A DNA stretch of 63,897 nt, the filler included, from Rhizaria sp. SCN 62-66 (lineage: Eukaryota), in assembly GCA_001724265.1 (NCBI GenBank). It is 3 parts of 3 records of this genome, joined end to end, with 100 filler letters (N's around TTAATTAATTAA, not from the genome) between each part and the next. Parts side by side here need not be neighbours in the genome. Positions count along the whole stretch, not along the records: positions 26,190 to 51,720 come from MEDY01000413.1; 2 more parts are not named here. One strand, written 5' to 3'. The translations under genes and the position numbers were made by a program. The notes below the pieces were generated by a model. It was given only the letters and a program-made list of their open reading frames with translations. It was not told the DNA's origin and did not search any database. The first letter of the stretch is position 1; each line of letters begins with the position of its first letter. Below, one piece after another: positions 37,101-47,496 of this stretch.

Positions 37101-38488
37101 TGGGAGGAGGCGACGGCAAGCACAAAGGGCGAGCGTCGCAAATACAAAGGATGAAAAACCACAACGACGATCAAGAAAAGGAGAAAAAGAGAGCGAAAAG
37201 TGGTATATATGTGAGTGAAGTGAAACAAAACCATTAAAACACATACATACAACCCATATGAACACATATATTACAGGTACACTCCAGCGCAATATATGAT
37301 AATATCATCGATATATCCATGTTTTCGTCACGTACCTGCCGCGAAAAGGGCACCGCGAGCTGGAGCGCGACGAGGTAGGCCATGAGCTCGTTGAGTGTGT
37401 CGGCCTCGGCCGCCGTGGCCGCCGCCGCCGCCGCCGGGTCCGAGGCGTCACCCGCCCCGCCGCCGCCGAGGTTGTAGCTGTAGGCATGCGCGCCGGAGCC
37501 GGAGAGCGCAACGGGCGGCTGCGGCAGCCGGATCTGCCCGCCGCCGCCGCCGCCGCCGCCGCCGCTGCTGCTGCCGCCCGCGGGGGCGCTCGCACTCGAG
37601 CTGCCGCTGTTGGCGTTGAGGTTCGTGCTGCCGTAGCTGCTGTTGCTCGAGGAGGACGTGTTGGCGTTATTGTTGGCGGCGACAGCGTTGCTGTTGCTGT
37701 AGTACTGCTGCTGCTGCTGCTGCTGTTGTTGTTGCTGATAGTCGGCCATGGCGTTCGGGTAGGCCGAGTACGCGCCCGCGCCCGCGCCACTTACACCGCC
37801 GCCGTGGTGCAAGTGGTGGTGCCCCGCCGCGCCGAGCCCGAGTAGGGGGGTCGTGGCCACGCTGTTGCCCGCGGCTAAGTAGGACCCAGACGAGCCACTT
37901 ACATTGTTGTAGGCGCCGGAGCCGCCCAGGCCGGCGGCCGAGGAGGCCACGGAGTACAGAGACATCTCGGGCGAAGGCGCGGGGTTCCTAAATAAAGAGA
38001 CAGCAAAAGCACAAAAACAAAGCAAATTAATGACGTGAGCGTAAAGAGCAAATTGCAATGTTAATTTTCTTTTTAAAGTCTCACTCTAAGGGGATACTTG
38101 GACAACAATACACATAGCACACAGACAGACACACATACCTGGTGCGCTTCGCCCTGCCCGCGGCGAGAGACGACTGCTGCGCCGCCGAGGCCACGTTGAG
38201 GGGGCTGCCCATGGCGCCCATGCTATTGAGCGCCGAATTGATATTCATGATGTTGTTGGCGTTCACCCCCATCGAGCCACCGCCACTGGCACTGCCACCG
38301 GCGTTGTTGGCCGCGTTGCCGTGCGCGGGCGAGGACGCGTAGGGGTACGCGCCGCCGCCGCCGCCGCCGCCCATATTGGTATTGCTGGTCCCGGCGCTTC
38401 CGCCGCCGCCGGGCAGCAGTCCCAGCGACCGGGAGTGCGAGCTCGAGCTTGAGCTGCCACCACCACCACCGCCGCCGCCGCCGAGCAG

Positions 38489-38523
<35 letters not shown>

Positions 38524-38710
38524 GGAGCTGTAGCAGGGTGTTGTGGCCGCCGGTGCCGGCGCCGGCGCCACTGCTACTGCTGCTGCTGCCGCTGCTGCTG
38601 GCGTTGTTGCTGCTGTAGAGCGGTAGAGAGCGCTGCTGGAACGGAGGGGTCGCACGATAAGCTAAGCCGCCGCCGGCGCCGGTGCCGCCGCCATAGGTCC
38701 ACCCCCCCGT

Positions 38711-38741
<31 letters not shown>

Positions 38742-39148
38742 AGCGAGGCCGTGAGGGGCATGGTGGGCGTGCCCAGCAGGGACGAGGCGGCGAAGGCGGC
38801 AGCCGCGGCCGAGGGGGGGACAACACCGCCGCCGCTGCCGCCGCCGCCGGGGTGGCCGGCTAGCCCCATCGCGCCGATGCCAACGCCAGAGCCAGCGCCA
38901 GTGTTGGCGCCGAGCCCGCCGGCAAGGCCGAGGCCGGAGGTCGAGAGACCCAGACCGCGGAGGGTTCTGACGCTGCTGCTGCTGCTGCTGCTGGTGTGCA
39001 TGAGGGAGTTGGCGCCGGCTTGCGAGGCCAGGGGAGGCGGCGGCGGCAAAAGGGCTGTGCTCGCAGCAGTGGGGGCGGCGGCGGCAGGGTTGCTTGAGAG
39101 CGTCGTGAGGGCAGACTGGGGCGTCTGAGGCGGGGGGTTGTAGGACAT
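34133..39148 (-). CDS. About 1542-aa low-complexity (Q/N/G/S/A) protein with one small Cys/His domain; putative transcription regulator
   Basis: Exons 39148-38139, 37987-37336, 37099-34133 join in frame via GT-AG introns. The only ordered segment is LNELMAYLVALQLAVPFSRQ|AATKAGVGFYKGKACSKSDERHPFLPDFTVKTLSSRNCVACLYFRRG. TAA stop. Function is inferred. Confidence 0.72.
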
Positions 39149-39211
39149 CTAAGTGCCTACTTAGACTGAGAGAGACACGACTCGAGTCAAAGAGTCAGAG
39201 CAGAGGCAGCC

Positions 39212-39253
39212 GAGACTGCGGAGCGAGACTGCGGAGTTAGACTGCGGAGCGAG
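39212..39253. repeat. About three copies of a 13-bp unit (CGAGACTGCGGAG)
   Basis: CGAGACTGCGGAG CGAGACTGCGGAG TTAGACTGCGGAG CGA immediately upstream of the ATG at 39148. Confidence 0.85.
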
Positions 39254-40070
39254 GTGACAATGCAGGTACCGCCTGTGCGAGTGCAACTACCTAGCACGCA
39301 AAAGACTCAACCGGTCTGGATATAGTGCAGCGCGCAAACAAGAGTGCGGCGACGGTTGATGCACGCGGTGGCGAGCGGGCCAAGCGGGAATGCAGGGCGA
39401 ATCGCAGATTGAGAGAAGGGGGGACGTGGAGGGATGAGTGTGGGGGTGGACACAGGAAAAGATTTGGAGAGAGAAACGAATGCATACGCGCATACAACAG
39501 CTGGAAATATCGATAACACAATGCAATGCAGCGCGGGGCCGTAGTGGCATGCGCGGGGTGAAGGCTGGCGGGGTGGGCCGAGCGGGCGCGGCGCGGGCGA
39601 CGCAGAGGGGCACAGGGGGCGGGCACCGAAGCGCGGCGGGCTCGGGCGACGCATACACGCTCCGGGACGGGAGATATTTTCGATATGTAACAGGGATACG
39701 ACTGTGACAAACAGGATATAGAGTGAATTTTCGATGCTGCACGACGCACAGAGCGCAAATTTATGTTTCCGATTTGCCCCCTTCCGGGTACTGTCTCGAT
39801 CAACACACCCACGCTTCAAAATGCAAGGAGCCGCAGGACCGAAAAAAGCAAAGCAGACGCTGTGGCATCCTCAATTAAATAATTTCACATGCCAGTTTTT
39901 ATTATTATTACCTATGTTTGTATTGTCAGTATATGAACCCATATATTTATTACTGAATTTCAATTTCACATTCCGAAGACTGCATATACCCCCGCAAGCC
40001 ACCTACATTTTCTACTTCCGCATTGCTTAACCGAATCTAAGTGCACATTGCCTACCTAGACCTCGCCTGC

Positions 40071-40115
40071 TCAGAGCAGCGTGACTCAGAGCAGCGTGAC
40101 TCAGAGCAGCGTGAC
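40071..40115. repeat. 15-bp triplication (TCAGAGCAGCGTGAC)x3 comprising the last four codons plus TGA stop of TBCE
   Basis: Minus strand reads (GTC ACG CTG CTC TGA)x3. Confidence 0.95.
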
Positions 40116-43100
40116 GGTAACGACGCCGCCGCTCTTGACCCCGTAGAACTCGACTGTCTTGAACACATCGCCCAGCTCCACCGCCCACTCCTTCCCCGCG
40201 GCCCCATTGGCAGCCCCCGCCGCCCCCGCCGTGTCACTATGGACGTTTGCACTGGCGCTGGCATTGGCAGGCGCGCCGCCCTGCTTCGCCGCGGGCTCGG
40301 TGTAGGTCAGCCGGAGCCTGGCCGCGGCCGGAAGAGCAAAGGCCCTGCGTGCGGCCGCAACAAGCTGGCTCACGGGGGCCTCCGGCTGGAGTTGCAAAAG
40401 CTCAGTCTGAGCCTCAGCAGCTGCAGCAGCATTCGCAGTCCCAGTCTCAGGTGCCGTTGCAGTCTCAGTGTTAAGTTTAGAGTCTGTGTTGCCCGGGGTG
40501 GTCCTGGAAGTTAGGCCGCCACGGAGGCCGCCCCTTAGACCGCCGCGCAGGCCACCCCTTAGATTGCCGCCACTCGTACTCGTACTCGCGGCGGCGGGGG
40601 CGGCGGGAGCGGCAGACGCGACATTGCCACTTACATCTTGCGAGGACGACGCGAGTGCAAGCGTGATCGAAATCAAGCCGCCCTTAGCGGTGCTGCCGCC
40701 GCCGATCCGCAGCACGTCGTTGTCGCTGACAGCGCTGCTCGAGCTGCCATTGCGGTTGGCCGTGCCGCTGCCGGCGGTGTGATCGCCGTCCTCGTCGTCG
40801 CTGACGTCGTAGTACTCGTCGCAATCGCCATCTGTGTCATCAACACTCCCGGCCTCAGCCTCAGTGTTATCCGCCCCAGACTCATTGCTGGCATCCCTGG
40901 TACCCATGGTACCCATGGCACTCCGGGGAGGCAGCGGGTCTAGCGACGCCGCGGCGGCCTCGGGCGGCGCCACGTGTTCGCAGCAGAGCGCGCGGACCCG
41001 CGGGTGCACCGCGAAGAAGTTAAGCCGCGAGAGCACGGTCATGGCCGCGCTGGTGGCGCTGCGTGCGGCCAGCGCGGCCAGCAGTGCCTGTGAGACAGTG
41101 GTCGAGGTACTCACCCTGGCTGAGGGGGCGCTGAGACGCAGACTCATGCCCGAGGCGCCCGCAACAGCGACAGTACTACTGACATTATCAGCTGCTGCAG
41201 AGGAGGTACTTACATTCGTCGCAGTCGCGTTAGCGTTGGTGATGTAAGTACCGTCTTCACGCTTTTGCTGCTCCTGTTGCTGCTGCAGCTGCTGCTGCTG
41301 CTCCTGCCGCCGCTGCTGCCGCTGCTGCCGCTGCTGCTGCCGCCACAGCCAGCGGCGGATCGCCCGCAAGTCGCGGCGCGCGAAAGTCAAGTCGCGGTCC
41401 CCGCTCGAAGTCAAGTCGCCCCCAACCACCCCCACTGAGCCGGAGCCAGAGCCGGATGCAAAGCCACCGGACCCGGCGACTGCGAGCGCGGAGTTGCGGC
41501 CGGTGTACCCGAGGCGCAGCGCGAGCCACGCCGCGGTGAGCAGCAGCTTGCCTGCGTCGTGGCGCTCGCGCGGCCTGACTTCGGAGAGGTTCAGCGCCAT
41601 AAGCCGCGGCAGGCGAGCGATAATGTGCAGCCGCAGGTCGCGGGCCGAGGCCGCCGAGGGGGCGGGGGCCGCGGCCGCGGCGGCGAGCGCGAGCGCGGTC
41701 AGAGGCGCGGATGAAGCAGCAGCAGTCTCAGTTGCAGTCGCCGCCGCAGTCGCCTCGTTCTCAGCAGTCGCAGGGTTGGTAGCTGCGGCCGCGGCTGCTG
41801 CTGCTGCTGCTGCTGCTGCTGCAAGGGCAGCCGTGGGCGTTGTCAGGGGGTTATCCTGCAGGCGAGCGTCGGTGAGGGCGCTGAGCAGGTTGAGCGCGTC
41901 GACACTTACCCAGGACGTAAGTCGGTTGTGGGTAAGGGAGAGCCACTCCAGGCGCTTAAACCCAACATCAACAATGACGCCATCGCTCGATGCCGAGCTA
42001 TTGCTGTTGCGCACACCGATGCTCTCGATGACGGCGGCGATGGTCTCGTACGGAACATACTGGTCAAAGGTCTGAGCAAACCTGTTATTGTTCAGCAACA
42101 GTTTCTTCAACGCAGGCAGGCGGCTTAACTTCGCGACGTCGTGCCAGTCGCTGAGCCGGTTCTCGCTCAAATTCAGCAGACGCAGCTTGGGGAACCACTC
42201 CGCGGGGATGTACGCGTCGTCTAAGGGGGTACTTACACCGCTGCTCGAGACGAACTCGCTGTCCAAGTGCGAAAAGTTGCCCCCGAACGGGAACGGCACA
42301 CTCGCATCCGCCACAGCGGCGCCGGAAGTCAGGCCGCGTCCGAGCGAAGTTAGGCCGTTCTTGCAGAGGTGTACCTCGACGAGGGCGGGGAACGCGGCGC
42401 GCGCGGCCAAGGCCAGCAGGTGCGGCCAAGCGCCCGGCACGGCGTTGAGCACAAGCACCTGGATGCGGGCGAAGCAGACGACGGGGGGCAGCGGCTGAGA
42501 CGGAGACTGGGACTGGTGCAGGGCAAGAGCAGTATCGGTCTCGGTGTTGGAGCAGCTAGAGCTCGATTTTACGTTGTTGTCGTTATTGTTGTTGGGCGTG
42601 GGTAAGGGTCCCTGCTCCTCGGATGTAAGGGGAGTCGTGAAGAGCGTCCAGTCGAGCCCGGGTAAGTGCACCAGCGCGGGACCCTTACCCGAGTAAGCGC
42701 CCTCGGTGTAAGTGCCGTCCGCGCCATAGACCCCCACAGCCCCCCCCTTAGACTGCGGCAGCTGCGTCAGCGCCTGCGCCTGCAGCTGCAGGGCCGGTGC
42801 AGGCGCTGCGAGATCGACCGAGAGCTCCCTCTGGACCACTGCCGCCTCGCAGGCGTCCAGCGCCCCGTTGCGGAGGTGGTTGTCGGCAACGGAGAGCTGC
42901 GTAAGCGCCGGGAGCGAGCGCGCCAGCAGCGCGAGCTGCGACCAGCTGTAGAGCAGGTTGTCGTCCAGGATGAGCGTCTTGGACCCGGCCAGAGAGGCGC
43001 GCAGGCCGCGCAGGCTGCCCTTGAGGCTGTTCACGGCCGCTTCGGCAGCCTCAGCCGCCTTTGCAGCGGCAGCAGGATCAGCATCAGTCTCGGTCTCAGC

Positions 43101-43877
43101 CGTCGCTGTCTTATTGCTGCTGTTCTCGACAACAAAAGGCGCCGCGGCCGCCACCGCCGCTGCCGCGGCCGCCGTGGCCACAGGCGTGTCGCCGTCTGTG
43201 ATGATGTGCGCGATGCGGTGGCTTGACGCCGTTACATAGGGCAGCCCCTCGAGGCGGGACAGCCGCTTTGCGACCTTTGCCTCGCCGGCGAACTCCACGG
43301 GCATGCGCATGGTGACGCCGCCCACCGTCGCCGTCACAAAGCGCTCGCTCCCGCCCACGCCCGCGCTCGCAGCGTCGTCGTTCGCAGGGCTCTCACCCCC
43401 GTTTGCGGCAGAGTTCGCGCTCGAGATGACCGTGGGCAGCGCGGTGTCGAAGCCGTACCTGTTCTTGACCGCGCTGAGCAGCGACTGGGAGGGAAACAGC
43501 CGCTGCGGGTGGACAAACGCGCCCGTGCCCGCGGGGGCAGAGAAGAAGCGCGTCTTGGCGGCGTCAGCGGCGTCGGGGACACCGCCCGCGCTCAGAACAA
43601 CGCCGTTCGTCGCTGTCGCGGTCGCAGCGTTGTTGGCGTTGCTGTCGTTGCTGCTGCTGTCGACGGGCGGGACGCCTGGCGCGACAACGATGGCGCCGTC
43701 GTGCTTACCGCGCGAGGGGTCGTCCCACTGCACGCCGGCGTACACCGCGGCGGGCTGCTTGCCGCTGACCCCGGAGCCCAGGTAGCGAAGCGTGCCCTTG
43801 TCGCCGCCCTCGCGGTCGGCCTGGAAGCGCTGTCCGGGCGCCAGCGACGCCGGGAGCGCATCTAAACCCTTCAGCAT
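40101..43877 (-). CDS. TBCE: Tubulin-folding cofactor E (CAP-Gly, LRR, ubiquitin-like), 1258 aa
   Basis: CAP-Gly GTLRYLG...YAGVQWDDPSRGKHDG; LRRs (LILDDNLLYSW, LRLLNLSENRLSDW, LEWLSLTHNRLTSW); LRR cap RLHIIARLPRLMALNLSEVRPRER; UBL end ELGDVFKTVEFYGVKSGGVV. TGA stop. Confidence 0.93.
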   Translation of the reverse strand: MLKGLDALPASLAPGQRFQADREGGDKGTLRYLGSGVSGKQPAAVYAGVQWDDPSRGKHDGAIVVAPGVPPVDSSSNDSNANNAATATATNGVVLSAGGVPDAADAAKTRFFSAPAGTGAFVHPQRLFPSQSLLSAVKNRYGFDTALPTVISSANSAANGGESPANDDAASAGVGGSERFVTATVGGVTMRMPVEFAGEAKVAKRLSRLEGLPYVTASSHRIAHIITDGDTPVATAAAAAAVAAAAPFVVENSSNKTATAETETDADPAAAAKAAEAAEAAVNSLKGSLRGLRASLAGSKTLILDDNLLYSWSQLALLARSLPALTQLSVADNHLRNGALDACEAAVVQRELSVDLAAPAPALQLQAQALTQLPQSKGGAVGVYGADGTYTEGAYSGKGPALVHLPGLDWTLFTTPLTSEEQGPLPTPNNNNDNNVKSSSSCSNTETDTALALHQSQSPSQPLPPVVCFARIQVLVLNAVPGAWPHLLALAARAAFPALVEVHLCKNGLTSLGRGLTSGAAVADASVPFPFGGNFSHLDSEFVSSSGVSTPLDDAYIPAEWFPKLRLLNLSENRLSDWHDVAKLSRLPALKKLLLNNNRFAQTFDQYVPYETIAAVIESIGVRNSNSSASSDGVIVDVGFKRLEWLSLTHNRLTSWVSVDALNLLSALTDARLQDNPLTTPTAALAAAAAAAAAAAAAATNPATAENEATAAATATETAAASSAPLTALALAAAAAAPAPSAASARDLRLHIIARLPRLMALNLSEVRPRERHDAGKLLLTAAWLALRLGYTGRNSALAVAGSGGFASGSGSGSVGVVGGDLTSSGDRDLTFARRDLRAIRRWLWRQQQRQQRQQRRQEQQQQLQQQQEQQKREDGTYITNANATATNVSTSSAAADNVSSTVAVAGASGMSLRLSAPSARVSTSTTVSQALLAALAARSATSAAMTVLSRLNFFAVHPRVRALCCEHVAPPEAAAASLDPLPPRSAMGTMGTRDASNESGADNTEAEAGSVDDTDGDCDEYYDVSDDEDGDHTAGSGTANRNGSSSSAVSDNDVLRIGGGSTAKGGLISITLALASSSQDVSGNVASAAPAAPAAASTSTSGGNLRGGLRGGLRGGLRGGLTSRTTPGNTDSKLNTETATAPETGTANAAAAAEAQTELLQLQPEAPVSQLVAAARRAFALPAAARLRLTYTEPAAKQGGAPANASASANVHSDTAGAAGAANGAAGKEWAVELGDVFKTVEFYGVKSGGVVTVTLL

Positions 43878-44463
43878 GGTGCGGGGTCGGCGCGGCAGAG
43901 TGGGGGAGTTGCGGGGTGTGCTGTGGGAGGCGGGGGAAAGAAGGGAGAGATGTTGTTGTCAGAGGGAGCTTTGCGGAGATATGTGTGGGGAGTATATTGG
44001 GGTGCTTAGCAGAAATAATAAAAGATTCGTTGGGGTTATACGCAAATCTGGACAAGTATAGCAGTCGCAGAGCAGAGGACGGTCGGAATAAGTCAGTTAC
44101 AAGACGGTTATTGTGGCTGATTTTGAATATGACGCCACGCGATGCCACGAGAAGGGCTCTTGTGGGCTCTTGTGGTTGCGAACTTAGGTTGATTGCCACG
44201 CTATGCAAAGTCCGTCAGCGCAAATGGCACTGATACTAAGACACTATATACACGATTTAACATTTGTTCACTAAATAATATTGCTTATCTCTATGCCTTC
44301 CTCTCGCTATTCTTGCTTTCCTCGCGCGCCCCCGAAGTGCGAGGCCCGTCGACTCTGCTGCCGCCGCAACAAGGTCTCAGCGCCGCGAAACGATCTCAAA
44401 ACACACTCTAACCGCACACGCGTGCTAAAAGATAGTATTTCTACTCCGTCTTTGTTACAAGTA

Positions 44464-47036
44464 ATGCTCTCTCGCTGCTCCCGTTCCTTGGCAGCAGTCG
44501 CTGCTAAGGCCTCCGCCACTGCCGCTACCGCTACCGCTGCCGCTACTGCTGCTGCGGCCGCGTCTGTGAGTGCGAGCCGTTCTTTCGCGACTCTGCGCGC
44601 GCGCACCGCTGTTGCCAGCGCCAAGAACCGCAGCAGCAGCCCGCTGGCTACCGCCTCGCTGCCTGTCTCACTAGCTCTCTGCCGCAGCAGCCTCCGCCTC
44701 ATCAGCAGCGGTCGCAAGAGCAGTCGTAACGTCACCTCGGTCCCTGCCGCCCACAGTCACTCCTCCGCCGCCGCCGCGGCTACCGCGAACGTGACGCCGC
44801 TGCCGCCGCCGACGCCGCCGACGGCTGCGGCCTCCGCCGCCGCCGGCACCGACGCCGAGGTGCCGTGGTATCTCTCGGGGCCGGAGCTCGACCTCAACTT
44901 CGTCGTACGTGCGCAGGACATCAGGATATCGGGAATATGGCGAATATAACGCGCTTTGCGAAGCACTTAAACATTATAATGTGTTACATATTCGTAATAT
45001 TGATTTGTACGCCGAGTTTGATCCGAAGTTCATTGGTCTTAATTTACCTCACTTGAACAACACTACTCTGTGGATATTACCCCCTTTTTTGCGGACTCTG
45101 TCGCCCAGGAGTACGACACGCCGCGTACGGGCGGGCCGCTGAAGGCGCCCGTGCTGTTTCTGCACGGGCTGCTGGGCAACCAGGCCAACTTCCGCGCCTT
45201 CACGGCCAAGCATCCCTCGCTGGTGGACCGGCGCGTGCTCTGCGTCGACGCCCGCAACCACGGGCTCTCGCCGCGCAGCGACGACCTGCGCTACGTCTCG
45301 CTCGCACGGTACGATAATATGCGAATACCAGCAAATATAATGCGTTTGGCTGACACTTATGCATTTTAATCAATTTGGTGTGAAATGTCTTTGTTTGAGC
45401 GAGAAACAAAAGAACTTAAACAAATACTATTACTATTCGTCTAAACCGTTGTCTCATCTTTACGCTTTTTATATGATCCTGTTCTTTTTTTCTTTGTTTG
45501 ACATATGTATGTATCTATAGCGACATTTCTCGTCTGATCGCGACGCAGCTGCGCGGCTCGCCGCCGCCCCTGATCGTGGGGCACTCGCTGGGCGGCAAGG
45601 TGGCTATGGCGACGGCGCTCCTGGGCAAGGTGCCGCTCCACTCCATCCTCGTCCTCGACATCGCGCCCGTCACCTACGCGCTCGACGGGTCCGCCATCAC
45701 CTCCTCCAAGGCAATCGTACGTCTCTCTCACAATACGCATCTGGCATTGGCAGAGAGTGCGGCTTTGTGTGTTTTTTTTTTTTTCATTTTTTTTTCTTCA
45801 AGTTGCCAACAAAGATAACTTTCCCTTTCCTCAACTTTAAAGCACTCTAGCGTTTTCACTAAGACCCAAAATGCCTTAAAGTTTAACTTTAACAACTTTT
45901 ATTCAACCCTAATACCGTGCTATATCTCACAAATCCCCCATCTTGTCCCTCTATTCTCGCATTTCGCCCCGTAGCTGCAGGCGATGGACGAGGTGGACCT
46001 GTCCCCCGCGGCAGCGCCCACCCGCCAGGCCGTCAACCTGCAGCTGCAGCCGCTCATCAAGGACGACGCCGTGCGCCAGTTTGTGCTCACCAACCTGGTC
46101 CCGAACGTCGCCCCGCGGCCCCTGGTGGCTCCCGCCAAGGGCTCTGTGCTGGCACTGGCCTCCTCTGGCCGCGTCGTGGCCTCACCTTCGCGCGAGCGGG
46201 ACGCGGCGCTCAAGGCGCGCTCGCGGGCTGACCCGTACAACAAACCGCCCGGGGCCGCGTTCACGCACACGCGGCGCCGCGCCGCGGACGAGCGGCGGCC
46301 GCGGATGACGGTCGCGCACCCCGAGACCGGGGAGATGCGCACCATAGTAGGGGAGCGGGGGCGCGAGAAGGAGCTCGCGCAGCTCGACGTCGACTGGAGT
46401 AAGCCTGCGTCCTTCTACGACAAATCCCTCTTGGCCAAGCAAAGCAGCAACGGCGGTGCTCTTGTCGAGGAGGACTCTGAGTTCGAGGACGACGTCGACT
46501 TCGCCACCCCGGCGTTTCTGCCCCTCGAGGCCGACATCGACGCCGTGCCCCTGCCCCTGCCCGCGCCCGGTACTATGGGCGAGGCGGGGGACTGTAAGGG
46601 CTGCTCGACTGATGCGCCTTTGTTCCGCTGGCGCGCTTCGGTGAAGCGGCTGCTGAAGGGCTACGACGCCATCCGCCACTTCGACGTCGCCTCGTTCGCG
46701 CACAACAATGGGGACGGCAGCAGCAACGGCGGGACGACCGACACCGCCGACGCCAGCAACACTTCGCCCCAGTCAGTGGTGTGCTCGGTGCCGGCGACGT
46801 TTGTGCGGTCGCAAAACTCGCTCTACGTCACCGCGGCGCACGTGGCGGGGCCGATCGCGGCACTGTTCCCGCACGCGCGCGTGATCACGTACCCGTGCCG
46901 CTCCCACTGGGTGCACGCTGAGTGCCCCGCCGTGCTGCGCGCGCACGTCGCCGCAGTGCTCGACCCGCCCGCCGCGCCCGAATGGCTCCGCGTCATGGAG
47001 GGGCTCGGCGCCGTCGTCGGCGTCAAAGACGTCTGA
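44464..47036 (+). CDS. ABHD11: ABHD11-like alpha/beta hydrolase, probably mitochondrial, about 632 aa
   Basis: Exons 44464-44904, 45109-45308, 45521-45716, 45975-47036. Motifs FLHGLLG, DARNHGLSP, GHSLGGK, LDIAPV, VRQFVLTNL, HWVHAE. Arg/Ser/Ala-rich presequence. TGA stop. Confidence 0.85.
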
Positions 47037-47496
47037 GACTGAGGGCTATCAGGCCGAGAGCTATGAGGCTGAGAGCTAGGAGTGAGTGAGTGGCAGATTC
47101 GACATGTTGGACACTATGCGGGGTCAAACAGGTTAAGGACCAGCTTTGCGGGGGGATATTAATATTTATGAGAGGTTTGGGGAGTAAAGTAATACAATGA
47201 ACTTTTACTGTTATATAAAGTAACGCAAGCTAGAGGTTTATAGAGTACTTGGAGTGCTGCTTGGTTCTGCTTCAAGTTGCATACATCACGATGTTAAGAT
47301 ACGAACGCGTTTTGAAGAAAATGACCTGTATTCATCATCATACGAAGGATTGTCTGAATTTTTAAGGTTAAGCAAGAATATAGTATATAGCAGAGAGTGC
47401 ATATTTATATAAATGGGCCGTACAAGGAGTGCGGATGAGCTAATAACGCACATCTTGTCGACATATTTCGTTTTTTTGCCGTGTGTGCGTAGCTAA

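Noticed and set aside
39287-39819. Three overlapping 150-170 aa minus-strand ORFs upstream of the putative regulator
   Set aside because: No frame shows codon bias or motifs; likely 5' UTR or promoter.
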